Shown: piece after piece, positions 1-15,795 of the stretch
Position numbering within the stretch: position 1 is the stretch's first letter
Layout of the letters: every line of letters starts with the position of its first letter
NCBI GenBank assembly: GCA_002104945.1
Contig: MCFH01000045.1
Coordinates: 372,001 to 436,000 of the forward strand
Length of the DNA: 64,000 bases
Source: Piromyces finnis finn
Lineage: Eukaryota; Fungi; Neocallimastigomycota
Direction: 5' to 3'
Translations under genes and position numbers: made by a program
Notes under the pieces: generated by a model
Database searches by the model: none
What the model was told of the DNA's origin: nothing
Seen by the model: only the letters and a program-made list of their open reading frames with translations

Positions 1-2553
1 GATTTACCAGCACCATTTTGTCCTAATAATGCTACAACCTTATTTTTTCCAATTGACAAGCATGAATTTCTAACAGCAACCTTTTTCTTCAAACCTCTTC
101 CATATACTTTACGGAGATTAATGACTTTAACTGGATCATTATTTTCTGGGTTATATGTGTATTTATAATGATCTTGAACGTCATCGTCCAATTCTTCAAT
201 ATTAATTTTTGATGGATACTTCTTTTGAGTCTTCAATAACCAATCTCTATTATTAATATCTTTATTACTATTAAACCAATATGATGGGAGTAAGAAATAA
301 TATATAGGTTTTCTATTTCCATATTCATTAGAAATAATATTATCAAAATATATAGTCAAAACTAAATACATAACAATATTTCCAAGCATGTAATATAAAG
401 CATGAGATGTTGGTTCCATATGTTCAAGATTTAAAACATAGGATAATTCGTCACCTTGTTTAACAGATAAGTCATTCCAATGAAATCCCTTTCCTTTAAC
501 TACTGTATTGGTAATATAATTATATGTGTTACTAGAAAGGTAATTTATATCAACATATAACTTTCCAAAATTGAAAAATGGAATAAAAATCGAGAAAACT
601 AATGACGCATTTAAAAATACAACAATTTATTAGTTACTATCTGTTTAAATTAAATAATTATATTTATTAAATAAAAATAATATATTACGTTTTCTAATAT
701 ATTGTGGAACTTTATCACTCCACCATATATATGTGAGATAACTATCAGTAAACAAAACCGATTGGAATAAGAAACCAATAATCAATATAGATATACCTAT
801 AAGAAGTATGAATCAAGTTAAGAAATCAAAATATAATATACTATAAATTATAATAATATTTTTAACTTTAAAATATATAAAAAGGATATCAGCTGTCTTA
901 GATTTATTAACAAATGTAGTAATGAATATAGCAATAGCACCCATAGCAAGTCCAAATAAAAAGTATGTAAGCAACAAAACCTATTTTATTGTTTAAAATT
1001 AATAAATAGGTTTTTTATATTAATATACTATGTATATCTTTTGTCTGTTTGTTTATTTTGCTTTTTTTATTTACTTTTGTTTTTGTTATTTAAATAAATA
1101 AATATAAAAAAAATAAACTACTTACAAAGAAGTTAGTATTAGTAAAGCAACTGTATCCAAATAATTTACCAAAAAGAATAGTAAAGATAGTATTTAAAAA
1201 GAAATAAATAACATATATAACAATCCAACTAAGCCAATAAACACTTTGTTTTAATCCCATCATTTCCATACTGAAACGAATTTTGCTTTCTTTTTCTGAA
1301 ACAACTGTACTAAGAATATTGATGAAAATAGTCATTGAAACACAAAAGAAAACCATAGGACCACAAGTTGCAACAACAACATCTTCATAGCCATTTAATG
1401 GAGGTATTGGAAAATCTTTAAGGTTTATACCAAGTTGAGGTCTGATATTTGAATCACCATTAGCATATTTAACTATTGTATTTATATAAATAATAATTAT
1501 ATATTAATAAATAATTATTAATACTTGAGTTTAATAAATATTAAAATAAAAAAAATTTTCTACTAACTAATGGCTTCATCAATACCACGAGCTACGCTAG
1601 CTAATCTAGAGCCAAAAATATCAGTATTATTATAATTAGAAGTTGAATTAAACCATAATTGATAACGATAATTGGTAATGTTTGCTTCTTTTTTAACATC
1701 GAAAACAATACCGAAATTAGTAATGTTTTGATGATTTAAAGCATAATTATATATAAAATCACTATTTGGAACATGAACTACATCATATTTTTTTTCAATA
1801 TTATAATTTAATTTATCATCTATAAGTAATAATAAGTAATAATAATAATAAGTATTTTTAATTATTTGATAATATATAATTAATAGCACTTTAATAGTAA
1901 TTCAATATTACTTTCCCAATTATCCCATTTGTTTGAATCGGATTCCCATTTAATATTCATACGATCATTATTTGTTTGAACAAAGTTTGAGATAATTTCA
2001 TCAACTGTTGGATCTCTTTCACATATGGCATTATCAATACAATTTGTAAACATTAAATTAATACATTTATCTTGTTTATCAGTTGGACCCTATTTATTTT
2101 ATAATAAATTATTAATTAAAAGATAATTAAATAATATATTTATTTTTTGCAGTATAAATATAAATATATTATATATACTCACCACACAATCCTCAATTCC
2201 AGAAAGAGAATATTCTGGTGGGTGATATACACCTTTCCCAACACCAACTTCATTTCCATTCAGAATAATAAATACCTTAACTAAAACCATCGAAAGTAAT
2301 GGTGATATAACTGATAATAATAAAGCTGTTTTCCAATACCTTAACTGGTATATTAAAAAATAATGTGAATAAAAATTCGACTAAAAGAAATATTATATTA
2401 TTTATTAATGTATACTTGTAAAGTAATGTTTTTCTTTAATAACGTTATAAATTGAATAAACCATAGTCCTGATTTTTTATTGATTTTATCTTTATTCCAT
2501 AATTTAATCTCTAAAGAATCAGATATTATTTCCTTATCCACTTTTTTCTCCAT
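1..2553 (-). CDS. ABCA-subfamily ABC transporter, multi-exon, 3' part runs off the window start
   Basis: ATG at 2553 (MEKKVDKE...WFIQFITLLKKNITLQ). The ORF pieces carry ABCA signatures (VVSEKESKIRFSMEMMGLKQSVYWLSW). Walker A (VVALLGQNGAGKS) is at the window start, preceded by AVNDLHLSIRKGYMEEVLKKKVAVRNS. GT-AG introns separate the pieces. Confidence 0.9.
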
Positions 2554-4023
2554 TTTTAATGAATTGATTTATAAAAATATAATAGTCTTCGTATATATAA
2601 TGTAATAATAAATATTTTATTGAAATAATTTAATATATAAATATTAATTATGATAATAAAATAATCAACATTTTGATTTATATTATTATTCTTATAATTC
2701 TTTTTTTTTTTTTTTTTTTTAATATAAAAATAACTTACTATAATGTTAGACTTTTTGTTTTTTTTTTTTGTTTTTTGTTTTTCAAATAAAAGAAATATAC
2801 AATATTTATATATTAATTCAATTTTTACCTACTGAATTTTAATTCGTTAATTGTTTAAATTAAAAAGTTTAAATAATAATAAAATTGTTCTACTCTTAAA
2901 TATTTTATATTTTAAAATTATTTTATTATGTTCAAATTATTAATATTATGATCATATGAATATTCTAAATTTTGATAAATTGATAAAATATTGTATAAAT
3001 TTTTGAATAAAGGTTAGAAATAATAAAATTATGTTGTTTTGCTAACTAATTCTAGAGCAATAAAATTAATTAGTAAAAAAAATCAATACATAAATAATTT
3101 ATGTATTGTAATTTGAATGGAATTAATTGGTCTTCGATTTTAATAAATAAAGTTGATAATTAAAATCATGGCATATTAATGGTATAATACTTGTTCAATC
3201 ATTCCAATCCATTAAAAAAAAAATAATTTCAGAAATTAAATTAATTTTTAAAAACTATGAGTTTTAATAAACTCTAATTTTAAAATAATTAGAAATAATC
3301 ATAATATTATGTAATATATAATATTATTCTAAGATGCTTCTATTTTTGTTAGGCAGGTAAGGTTTACTATTATACTAAGTTTTTAATTATTTAATTTTGA
3401 TCTATTACACAAGGATTTAAAAAAACATATATAATAAAAGAAATTATAATATTAAAATAAATAAATTAAAAATTTAATAATAATATAAAATTAGATTATA
3501 TACCTTAATTAGATAATATTGTGCTTTTGTACTTTTATAAATTTAATAAATTTTCATATATAATATAATACAAAAGAATGTGAGTTGGTGTATATTAAAT
3601 AAATCCATCATTGTTAAAGAGAATTATTTATAAGTATATTCTATTAAACATTATTAATAAGAATACTATTATTTCTATATTAAAATTTATTATAAAAAAA
3701 AAGTTTAACTCTTTTTTTTTTATTATTATTTTTATATTTTTACTTTAATAATACATATTTATAAAATTTTTATTACTTTTATTTAATATTATTTATTATA
3801 AAATGATTTTATTTTTTTACTATTTTAAATTCTACTATAATGTTTTTTTGTTATTTTTTTTTTTATTTTATTTTATTTTTTTTTTCTAATTAAATAAATA
3901 TTAATATTAGGAAAAAGAAAAACTATAATATCATAATTTATATAAAAAAAATTTTATTAATGACTCTTAAAATTAATATATAAATGCATTTAATAACAAT
4001 ATAAAATAAAATATATTTTAAAT

Positions 4024-7753
<3,730 letters not shown>

Positions 7754-7788
7754 TTTAAAACTTTGCTATAGTAATTTCAAATTAAAAA

Positions 7789-7822
<34 letters not shown>

Positions 7823-8339
7823 AAAAATTACCAATTAAAATAGATTTTAAAATAAAATTTTACATATTATTTATGTATCACCCAAAATAACTTTAAATAA
7901 CAAAAAAATTTTAATGATTTTAATGATTTTAATTATAATTAATAAATATATTATATTATTTATTATTTCATTATTATTACAATAAGAATTGGTATTGATA
8001 TTACTATTACTATAACCATAACTATTAGTAATAGTACTATTATTAATTTTTATTTCGTTTTTTATTTAGAAATTTATATGATTAAAATAAAAAACTAATA
8101 TTTAAGTAATTACTGTTATTGTTGTTGTTATTTTTATTTTATATTTATTTATTATTATATATAATTTTATTAGTGAAAAGTATTATTAACAACAATAAAT
8201 ATTAATATATTTAATGATTTAGAAATTAAGTTATTATTATTAAGCAGTTTACTTTAGAATTTTTAAAATCATGCATATAAGTATAATTATTATCTGTATT
8301 GTATATATATCTTTTATATTACTCATGCATGTCTTCAGT

Positions 8340-8633
8340 TTATGAAACTAAATAACTTAATATGTCAGAACAAGCTGCCACGCCAACAAGTTTATTACTT
8401 TCTGGACTATCAACTACAATAAATCTATGTACTACAACTATATGATTTATGTATTAAATATTTATATATATAGTTTAATAACAAATTTAATTTATTATCA
8501 AAAATTTATTATTTTAAGAATTATAACATATTACCTCTTTTGATAGTTTCTAATATTGAATATAAAGTATCTGTGACAGCACATGTATGAATTCCTTCAA
8601 AACTCTATTTTTATATTTATTAATAATTATTAG

Positions 8634-8682
<49 letters not shown>

Positions 8683-10527
8683 ATATATTTAAACTACTCA
8701 AATTAAATTACTTCTGTTCTTCTTTGTAAAGCAACAGCAACAGGAACTTCTAAATCATAATATGCACCTTCTTTCGCCAATAACTATATCAAAAATAATA
8801 AAACAATATATAAATTTATATATAATTAAAATTAATTAATTAAATATTTAATTATAATTTACCATAACATCATATTTTTCATAAACATCAAGAACACGAT
8901 CTAAATAATTCATTGTTTATTATACATTAACAATATAATTATTTGATTTATTAGTAATAAAATATTATATTATTTTATCTTATAAATAATCTTATCTATA
9001 ATTTTATAATATTTATAAAATAACGTTTATACCATTTTCATCCAAAATTGGTATAGCGGAAATACGATGAGTTTTAAAGTTTTCAATAACTTGAATTAAT
9101 GGAGTATCAACTCTTGCAGTAACTATATCTTTATAGTTGCCAATGTTTAATTCTTGTAAGGTATGTTGAAGTTTTGATTTATCATTACACTTTTATTATA
9201 ATATATAACGATAAATAAATTTTATTTTTAAAATATTCAATAATTTAGTCTTTTACATATATAATTTTTATAAATCAATATATATTATATTATATTATAT
9301 AGTCTTACATTTGCACCTATAAATTTCAAAATTTTATATTGAGATAAAACTGATATAATCATTTCATTATTATCTGTGTCACGTTCAACTAAAGGTAAAC
9401 GATGAAGTGTACTTTCAGACATAATTTTGGCAGCATCATATAATGATTTCATGGGATGAATATAATCAATTTTCCTATGTGGTGCATTAACTTTTCTTTC
9501 AATTTCTATTCATAAATGAAATTGTAAATCATATTAATTTCATTTTCCTTAAATTTATTAAAAATTGATATAGAAAATATACCTTCTAGTGAACGAATTT
9601 TTAATATTTCAATTTCTTCTAAAGCTTCTTCATAAGAAGAATGATGATAACTATTAAATCAAAATAATATTTTAATAAATGCTTACTAATAATAAATACA
9701 TTTATTTAAAAATACTAAAATACAAAATAATACATACTAATAGTAAATTAAATGTATGAAATCTGTAACACTTTTCAAAGAAGAAATTATTAAAGAAATT
9801 ATATATATAAATCAATTATTATATAAATAATGTTAATAAAATTGCTTTTGAATGATATTATTATTACCTAAGCATTCCCGCAAATCTTTCATTAGTTGAA
9901 TCCCACAATGGAGCTGATTGTAAACCTTATTATTATAATAAATAATTGTTTTGAAATTCAATTAATATCAGAAATTATATAAAATTCAATAAAAATGTTA
10001 TATTTATGAATATTCTACCATGTTGAATTAAGGCTGCAAGTGCTTTTTTCACAAGTAATGAGGTATCGAATACACATAATTTTGAAGATACGGAAAGTAA
10101 ATCATAACTTTTTATAATAAGAATAAAATTATTAATCATCTACATAATAAAATATTTATTTTACTATTTTAAATATAATATATATTAATATTATAATAAT
10201 TTTATGAAAGTATATAAAAAAAATATTTTCATATATAAATTCTATTCCATTAAATAGTACATTTGCATTATAATTAATTATTAAAATATCTATATATATT
10301 ATTAATAATTTCATTTATTTTATATTTGACACATTGCAAAACAATAAATAATTATTTTATAGATATTTTAATAATATTCACCAGCTATGCTTTTTAAGTT
10401 GCTGACAAATGGAGTATTTTGCTGATTCTATTGATGAGACATTTTGACCCATTCCAGACTCATTTTCAATAAAAGGAAATGTATCATCATTTTGTAAAGG
10501 ATCTTCAGATTTTCCATTTGATTCCAT
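8340..10527 (-). CDS. SNF4: AMP-activated protein kinase (SNF1 complex) gamma subunit, CBS domains, multi-exon
   Basis: Short exons translate to YDLLSVSSKLCVFDTSLLVKKALAALIQH, QSAPLWDSTNERFAGML, IHPMKSLYDAAKIMSESTLHRLPLVE, VIENFKTHRISAIPILDENG and HRFIVVDSPESNKLVGVAACSDILSYLVS*. Confidence 0.9.
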
Positions 10528-11569
10528 CTTATATTTTCGATATTTTGAATTAATACTCAAGTAAAATTATTTTATTAAGATGTCACTATTTAATTATTTA
10601 AAAATAATAATAATAATAAAATAATAAATATTTATTACTTAAATTTAATATATACATTATATAATAATATGCTAATAACTATTATACATATGCATATATA
10701 TTCTCTACTTCAATTTATTTTGTATTTAATATTTATTTTATAATATTTTATTTAATTTCTTTTAAAGTTAAAAATATTCAATTTAAACTTAAGAAAAAAA
10801 AAAAGGAAACAAATTTTCACAAAATTGTTAATTTTGGAACTAAATAAATAATAATATGCTATTGTTTATAATAAGTACTGTTTTTTAATAATATATTAAT
10901 ACAGGATTAAAAAAAAAAAAAAAAAAAAAAAGGTAATTATTAAAACAACTTTTACCTTCTTTTACTCTTATAAAATAATTACCAAAACAAAATTATTTTT
11001 TTTTAAAATACATAAATAATTATAATAAAAAATATTGTAGTACAGTTATTCAAACATGATTAATTTTTAAGTTAAATTAATTTTTAAACAAAATTTAAAA
11101 TTTTCTGTAAATTATAAAAAAATTTGATTTATTTCATATATAAAGCATTATCACCTTAATATAAGATAGCATCAATATTAGAATTCATAAAGAAAAAGTT
11201 TGTGAAAATGCAATATTTATATATATATATTGTTTTTTGAATAAATTGTTATTAACAAGTATTATTATAATTATAATTATAAAAATTATTTATATCTTTC
11301 ATATATTTAACCATTTCTTTAGTTATACTTTTAACATTAGTAAAACTTTAAGATAATTAAATAATTACAATTAAAAAGATACATAAAAGAATAAATATAT
11401 ATATATATACTTTATTTGTGCTATTTTTTATTTCTTTAAAAACAAACTTTCATAGTAGATATATAAGTATGTATAATTATAACTTATTATTCTTTCTTTT
11501 ATAATTTAAAAAAGTAATTATTTTGGTTATATGAAAATATAAATAGTGCTGCTAATAATAGAGATTATT

Positions 11570-12505
11570 TTAGTACGAAAAGTCGCAATACCTCTATATA
11601 TGAAACATGAGACCCCGATGAACTGTAAACCCGTTCATTCAAATGTCTTTGCTCCGCCATATCGATTTATAGCACATCATAAGCTAAATTTCTACCAAGA
11701 AAAAAGGAAAATAAAAATATAGTTATATATTTTTTTTCCTACTTTCATTTCGTGGAGAAAGAGTGATGGCTTGATTCTTATATTTATTATGAAAAAGAGT
11801 GAAAAGATCGTCAAGAAAGCTAAGTAAAGAAGTTCTTTATTTAGATAATGCAGAGTATTCTAATATCCAATTGTGAAAAAATTGTCATCATATCTATAAC
11901 ATGGACAAACAAGAATAATTCAATTACTGGCAATAAAAATTCAGGTAGTGTTTTCATAACCGCATTAAATATATCCATGTAATTCCTAAATTTAAATGAG
12001 GTTTGTTGAGATTGATATGCATAAGGTGGTTTGAATTGAGGAATTTGTTATTAGTATATCTGAGGACTTTACTTTCATTATTTAAGCTAATATTATTCCA
12101 ATAACTTTTTCTAATATCTTTAGTACTTTTAATATTTATTTTTCTAAGTTTACTACGTAGTAATTAAGATTTTTTGACCTAATTTATATAGCTTTGTAAG
12201 GATACTAAAAATAGGAACTGGGTCGTATGCTTTTTTAAGGTCATGAAAAGCAATATAAGTGGTTTTTCCTTTAAATTTTCTTCTTTGACAGATTTCTCTA
12301 ATGGAAATAAATAAACTAATGCATTCTTCTTTACTGCGAAAACCAAATTGCTCAGGACTTATAAAATTATGAGAAACTCTATTAGTTACAATTTTTGATA
12401 TGATTTTAAAACCTACGTTGATGAGAGAAATACCATGATAATTATTACAATCTGAAAGATCGCCTTTCTTTGGAATAGAAACAATGGAAGCAGAGTTCCA
12501 TTTCA
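11570..12505 (-). mobile_element. Decayed remnant of a related but distinct LINE lineage (family B): RT fragment joined to a degenerate 3' region
   Basis: ORF 12153-12506 (WNSASIVSIPKKGDL...EQFGFRSKEECISLF...DLKKAYDPVP) is homologous to, but clearly diverged from, the RT at 17589-20528. Positions 12150-11900 read IRKSYWNN...KFLNS...LGITW...CPC with stops and frameshifts, like the C-terminal region of the intact element. The left boundary is approximate. Confidence 0.7.
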
Positions 12506-14701
12506 ACTAGAATAATCATACACATTAGTATTCACCGGACCTGATGCTTTATAATTTGGAGTAGTGAGGATAGCTGACTTGACTTCATCAATACTAATAT
12601 CTTGGTTGATATCCCATTCATCAAGCATAGGAAGTGAAAAACGTTTATTCATTGGTTCTTCATACCAATGCTCCAAATCAAGACTTACACCACTTGGATC
12701 TGATGCAAGGTTTTCGAAATGATCATGCCACACATCTAGTTGTTCTTCCGTAGCAACAACTAATTCTCCATTTTTATTTTTAATTGGTTGAGCAATAAAG
12801 AAAGAATCTTTTCCAATTTTTGCAGTTTTCTTGATCCATTTCCAGGCCTTCTTAGGATTATGACTCTTCATATACTCACATCCTGTTTTAATCCAATGAA
12901 GATATTCTTGTTTCCTAAATTCATTACATCTTTTGTGGATGTAATCAATGAGCTTACGGTAGATTTTAATTCTTTTAATAAATTCATCTATATCATAAAT
13001 TCTTTCTTTTTTAAATCTCTTATACAACTTCATTTTGATTTTTTGAAGATTAAAAATTTGTTGTGAAATATGAAATGAAGACTTTATAACATTATTTGCT
13101 GAAGTAATACTGAGCTCGTCTGCAATTGAAAAAGCAGTTGAAGTAAACTCTTTGGAAAGTTCATCTGTAGAAACATTAGGATCGTTGAATTTTGCTGAAA
13201 GTATTTGGAATTTATTATGACTGAGAATAGATTCCTTTTCCTCAATACATTTTAATCTATTCCATTTCAGAGTTTTCTTAGGAACATTAAAGTCATTAGA
13301 AAAATCTTCCATAGGAATAATTTTACCATTAATAAGAAGTGGCTTATGGTCTGATACAGGATAAAAATTATTTATAAATGATCCTGAGTGAATAAGATCT
13401 TTCATCTTCGAATTGATAAGAGCATGGTCAATGTCGGAAGATTGTTCACCTCGAGTCCAAGAGATAGTAGACCCTCTAAGCGGAAGAATTTCCCAATCTC
13501 CTAATCCATTAGTTGATAACCAGTTGGATAATTTTACTTTAGACATATTAAAATCACCAACAAGAATCGATGGATGGGATGAATGAGTTTGTAACCACAA
13601 GCGAACTTCTAACTTTGCATGATCAACATAGATGTTGTGATGACTATGAGGCATATAAACATTACCAATCGAGCATTTGAATCTATTCCAGAGACTAAAA
13701 GTATAAATAGAAATAATATACTTTCCAGAGAAGTTTTCAAGTGAGGCTTGACACGAATTGTGAAAACCTAAATATAAACCTCTCATTCCCGGAACTGATT
13801 CGTCAGCTTTCTTGAAAAAGTGTCTATAGTTTCGCAAAGTAACACGACAAGGATAATCTGTATTCGATCCAGAACCATTACCAGTTTCTTGGAAACATAA
13901 GAATAATGGTTTGAAAATAGCTGTGAAATAGCTAATACTATCTCTCTTTTCGTGATTCCACCCATTGGTGTTCCAACTAAGACAAAAAGAAAAGTTATCA
14001 GGCTTGTTGGATGAGGAAGAATCGTTGCTATTATTATTATTATTAAAGTCATCGTTATTAATGGATGATGCATCAGAGGAATAAGTAGAACTATTACTAG
14101 ATGGCTGTGAAACTGAAGAACTATCAACTATTGAACTGTTATCAGAGTTGATAGAGCTATTAGAATTAATTGTTGAATGTTGAGATTGAAATTGTGTTTG
14201 CTGTAGATCTGGAATATTTTCATGATTGGAAACTTGTTGAAGATCTTGTTGAAGATCTAGTTGAAGATCGGATTGTTGATGAGATTGTTGAACTGATTGT
14301 TGAAATGATTGTTGAATAGAATGTTGATGTTTATTAGAAACTAAAATTTTACGTTTGAGAGTGGAAAAAGTGTATTTGTGATTCCTTCTACTACGAGCTG
14401 AAAAGGAAATTGAGGTAACTGAAAGTTTCTTCTTTAACATGTGTAAGATTTTAATACAATCTTTCGATGAACCATGAACCTTGACTAAGAAAAAGTGATC
14501 ATTGAAAGTCTGAAAATATTTAACACTAATAACTGAATTAAATTTATCTTCTAGAATAACCTCGAGTTTTTCCCATAGCATATTTACTGACCATGATCGA
14601 ATACCACGGATAAAGAAGGAGCGAATATCATCTAAGGGGATACCATAAGACCGGGTACCACGTCTGATATAATTCTTGTCTTTAATATAAAGGACTGACA
14701 T
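12503..14701 (-). pseudogene. Truncated LINE ORF (732 aa): N-terminal domain plus APE endonuclease, no RT
   Basis: APE motifs SWNTNG, LCFQET, ILVGDFN, SDIDH and SDHKPL are present. The ORF ends prematurely in a chimeric tail (VNTNVYDYSS*). Confidence 0.85.
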
Positions 14702-15590
14702 GATAATAAATTCTAATTAAAAATATTGAATATAAAATAAATACTAATAAAAATTATAAATATAACGTATATGGAAAAAAAATCTGTCTCTCTCTCTTCT
14801 TAAAAGTACTGGATAGTACAAAAATTGTTACGATGCTTTGTTTAAAGTTTCTTTTTTTTGAATTCTAGTTGTAAATTTTCTTTAAAAATTCTAGTTTTGG
14901 TTTGTTGTTAGTAAATTCGAATCGCTTTTTGACACTAAACTTGTTTGACTTTACTTTTCATTAAATATTTAAATTGGTAAAAAATTTGAATCAAGAATGT
15001 CGACACCAGAAAGCTTGTGAATAGTATTTTTACATGATGTAGAGTGAATCAGTCTCTTACAAGAAACAATACAACAATAGCTACATGAATATAAAAATAC
15101 AATGCAAATGCTAAAGTTGACTACATTGGATTCTTACAAGAGAAGAGTAGTACTACATGAATACATGAATAAAAGAAAAAATACAGCAACAAAATGTATT
15201 ACTCTTCTAATTAAATACTATACAAACTTACCTGAATATCAAACATTCAACTTATTCATCAAATACTTAATTCGATGAATAAAATGTTTTTTAATCGCTC
15301 AGTACCATGAGCTTAGTCCTAATAATTTTCCCTTAAAGACTAACCAAGCATCCATTGCGCAATGCTTGGATTTAATTCTTTCTACTCTCTCAGTACCATG
15401 AGCATGAGTAGACTCCCTTGATAAACTACGTTTATTAAATAAATGAAGGCACGTTTCCAAGAGGGCACCAAGCATCCATTGCGCGATACTTGGATTTAAT
15501 TCTTTCTACTCTCTCAGTACCATGAGCATGAGTAGACCTCCTTGAGAAACTACATTTATTAAATAAATGAAGGCACGTTCCCAAGAGGGA
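12506..15590 (-). mobile_element. LINE family A copy 1: 5' UTR plus RRM/APE half, 3' half lost or rearranged
   Basis: Nearly identical to 18345-21417 (a few SNPs and a 12-bp indel in the Q-rich repeat). It breaks at KASGP and ends 5' at the same ...CCAAGAGGGA boundary as copy 2. Confidence 0.92.
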
Positions 15591-15756
15591 TACAGCAACA
15601 AAATGTATTACTCTTCTAATTAAATACTATACAAACTTACCTGAGTATCAAACATTCAACTTATTCATCAAATACTTAAATTCGATGAATAAAATGTTTT
15701 TTAATCGCTCAGTACCATGAGCTTAGTCCTAATAATTTTCCCTTAAAGACTAACCA

Positions 15757-15759
<3 letters not shown>
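15591..15759 (-). mobile_element. Left piece of the 5' UTR of a third family A copy (host X) that was interrupted by copy 2
   Basis: Duplicates 15182-15350 and 21009-21176. It is bounded by copy 1's 5' end and by copy 2's poly(A), and it continues seamlessly at 21418-21698. Confidence 0.7.
15720..15759. repeat. 40-bp target-site duplication, left copy (right copy 21418-21457)
   Basis: AGCTTAGTCCTAATAATTTTCCCTTAAAGACTAACCAAGC occurs immediately left of the T33 tract and immediately right of the ...CCAAGAGGGA 5' end at 21417. Confidence 0.75.
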
Positions 15760-15795
<36 letters not shown>

